IMG/VR virus record: IMGVR_UViG_3300028833_000058
Length of the DNA stretch: 64,000 bases
Reading direction: 5' to 3' (one strand)
Source of the DNA: a virus
Taxonomy: Duplodnaviria > Caudoviricetes
The position numbers and the translations under genes were made by a program. The notes below the pieces were generated by a model. The model made no database searches. It was not told the DNA's origin and saw only the letters and a list, made by a program, of their open reading frames with translations. Each line of letters opens with the position of its first letter. The first letter of the stretch is position 1. Shown here piece by piece: positions 62,031 to 64,000 of this stretch.

Positions 62031-62855
62031 TTAATCAGTTGAAGTTGTTGTATCGTCATCTGTTTGTTTGGTGGTCAATTCTTCTTTGAATTTAATACCT
62101 TTGATTAAATCCCCATTGATATTAACATCACCAGCAAACTTACCTGTCAAACCTAATTCACCTAAATCTTTGAGTATGTTATTTTCTACAAACTCTTTAA
62201 CAAGGTCAGTTAGGACATTCTTTCCACTTCGCCAAGATATATTCATAACGATTTCTCCATCTTGACGAGCTTGCCAAAGTTTAACACCATATTTTTCTTC
62301 TATGGCTTCAATTTGGGCTTTCATAAGTGTAGTTATTAAATTGTATGTGTTGTCATTCCTTTCCCTTCTTTTTTCCATAGGTGATAATGTTACCACTTTC
62401 TCACCCTCTTCAAGTTTAAATAGCTCACAACTTTGAGTTTCATTTTTAAAGTTATAAGTGCCTATCTTATCAGGCTCACCATACACATTAACAAGTCTGG
62501 TATTGTATGGTGTAGAAAATTCACTCAAATCGTAAGGACTAGCCGCTTGGATTAACCGTTGTATTTTATCTTGGTCATACTCCCAGTTTGTATAATACTT
62601 ACTCTCATTCTTTACACCAACAGCCTTTTTGATTCCTATAATGAAATCACTTGTAAAGGTCATATAGTAGTAGTATTTAAACTTCAAGCACTCTGTTTCT
62701 CGCCAACCAATAGGTGTGTGTGAACTAGTAACTCTTGTTATATGGTCAACATCATTACCTCTTTTTCCTATATACACATATTGAGTTTTCTTGACTTTGT
62801 ATAGTGTCATCTGCTCATTTTGTGCAACGATTTCAGGTTTCACTTCTTTAGTCAT
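62031..62855 (-). CDS. PELxF family paralogue E (most divergent)
   Basis: start 62855 after AAGGAG; VKPEIVAQNEQMTLYKVKK...YYY...QIEAIEEKY...LGELGL. Confidence 0.65.
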   Translation of the reverse strand: MTKEVKPEIVAQNEQMTLYKVKKTQYVYIGKRGNDVDHITRVTSSHTPIGWRETECLKFKYYYYMTFTSDFIIGIKKAVGVKNESKYYTNWEYDQDKIQRLIQAASPYDLSEFSTPYNTRLVNVYGEPDKIGTYNFKNETQSCELFKLEEGEKVVTLSPMEKRRERNDNTYNLITTLMKAQIEAIEEKYGVKLWQARQDGEIVMNISWRSGKNVLTDLVKEFVENNILKDLGELGLTGKFAGDVNINGDLIKGIKFKEELTTKQTDDDTTTSTD

Positions 62856-62868
62856 AGCACTTACTCCT

Positions 62869-63974
62869 TTAAAGTTCAGTTTCTTCATAAGTTATGTCAA
62901 AGTCATAGTGCTTACCATTATCACCATAGCACTTATGCCATAAGACGTGTTCCATTATCTCTGATAGCATAAACGCTTTAGAGGTAACTTTTTCAAGACT
63001 TACGCTATCTTTAGGCTCTTGAAGTTTAAGAGTATTCAGTTCATCATCTTTATAATGTTCGTCAACTATATGTATGTCATAACAGTCGCCACCGTCTAAT
63101 ACAAAGCAAGTATATTCATCATCATCAACTTCAATACTTCTTTGTGCTAAGATTTTCTTACCGTATTTCTTTTCAAGTTTTATACATAAACCACCCTCAA
63201 GAAACATACACATTTCAACTGTGTCAGCAATAGGTCTTAAATCATTTAATTCTTTTTCAAGACGTTTTTTACTAGCGTCAGACATTTCGTTAAAGTGTCT
63301 TAACATTCTGCTATAAATACCTTGACTTGGTGCAAGAGTTTTTATAGTGTCTATATACAATTCATAGTTTGTCATAGTCGTTACTCCTATTAGGTGTTAC
63401 TCATCTTTACCATCGTCAACTACAAGACCAATTTGTCCTGCTTGACTTCCTCGTAAAATCACAATGATTCCACAAGCAAGTCTTGTTTCTGTTATACTAC
63501 TCATGACTAATCTCCTTTAACTAAATCTAAATTGTCGTCAAGTTCAAGGTTATAATATGTCATAACCTCTGTGATATAATCGTCAAACCCATACTTATGT
63601 CTGTATGAGTTAGCAATAAAGATGATTTTTTTAACATCAGGTTTCGGTTCGTTGAATCTGATATGTCTTTCAAGCTCTACCGAATAAGGGTGTTCACCAT
63701 ACGTCTTTTGATAGTTCTCAACAAACGCAAGTATCAAAGCACCATCAGGCACATAAGGTTCTTCAATTTGTTTAGGTTGTTCCACATAGTCCTCAACTGA
63801 TTCAGGATATGCCGTCATAACACAATCTTCAAATCTTAAATCAAACGCACCATGATGAGCCAAGTTTAATTGACCTGTAACTTGCTTTTCAACAATTTCA
63901 AGAGGATTATACCCTCTCGTGTCTTTAACATCAACTACAACATCAAAGACAAATCTTGCTTTTACTTTTACCAT
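62869..63974 (-). CDS. hypothetical genes 62869..63375 and 63507..63974
   Basis: GGAG RBSs. Confidence 0.6.
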
Positions 63975-64000
63975 TGTCGTTACTCCATAAAAAGAGCCTA

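Noticed and set aside
4440-62265. Many 60-150 aa plus-strand ORFs antisense to minus-strand genes, and minus-strand 41599..41910 inside the capsid gene
   Set aside because: Shadow frames fully overlapping better-supported genes, lacking RBSs
1-64000. Stop-codon recoding as in some jumbo gut phages
   Set aside because: Long genes are intact in code 11, and TAG and TGA both end genes at natural junctions

Overview
AT-rich, densely coding 64 kb segment of a large T4-like (gp23-type capsid) bacteriophage, probably a jumbo phage. Standard genetic code. Gram-negative host inferred from a Pal lipoprotein; an alphaproteobacterial host is suggested, not proven. Nearly all genes are on the minus strand and most are small hypotheticals behind about 18 copies of an early promoter (AATTAATTGTAA...CTTTACTTT-N17-TAnnnT/A). 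A second motif (TAGTTCTAYATAA) precedes the major capsid gene and several scattered genes. Recognisable content: tRNA-Gly, tRNA-Ser and an atypical tRNA-like element; a ClpB-like ATPase with a degenerate first NBD plus a coiled-coil neighbour; M16 peptidase; stand-alone receiver domain; ABC-type ATPase; QueC-like protein; Mesh1-like HD hydrolase; Pal; NUMOD4-HNH; two paralogous MoxR-AAA+/VWA-metallopeptidase pairs; major capsid protein. Best candidates for undescribed systems: (1) unrelated proteins sharing an N-terminal M(S)KFRxxV/IxxILxE leader, mostly with the late-type motif, i.e. probable head-packaged cargo including SAM-lyase-like and ADP-ribosyltransferase-like members; (2) a MoxR/VWA operon among five diverged paralogues of an unknown family; (3) three Tad2/DUF2829-like proteins, one fused to an RNA polymerase alpha-CTD; (4) a cluster of promoter-to-terminator small RNAs downstream of the capsid gene. 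All family calls are by-eye motif recognition; no searches were run.
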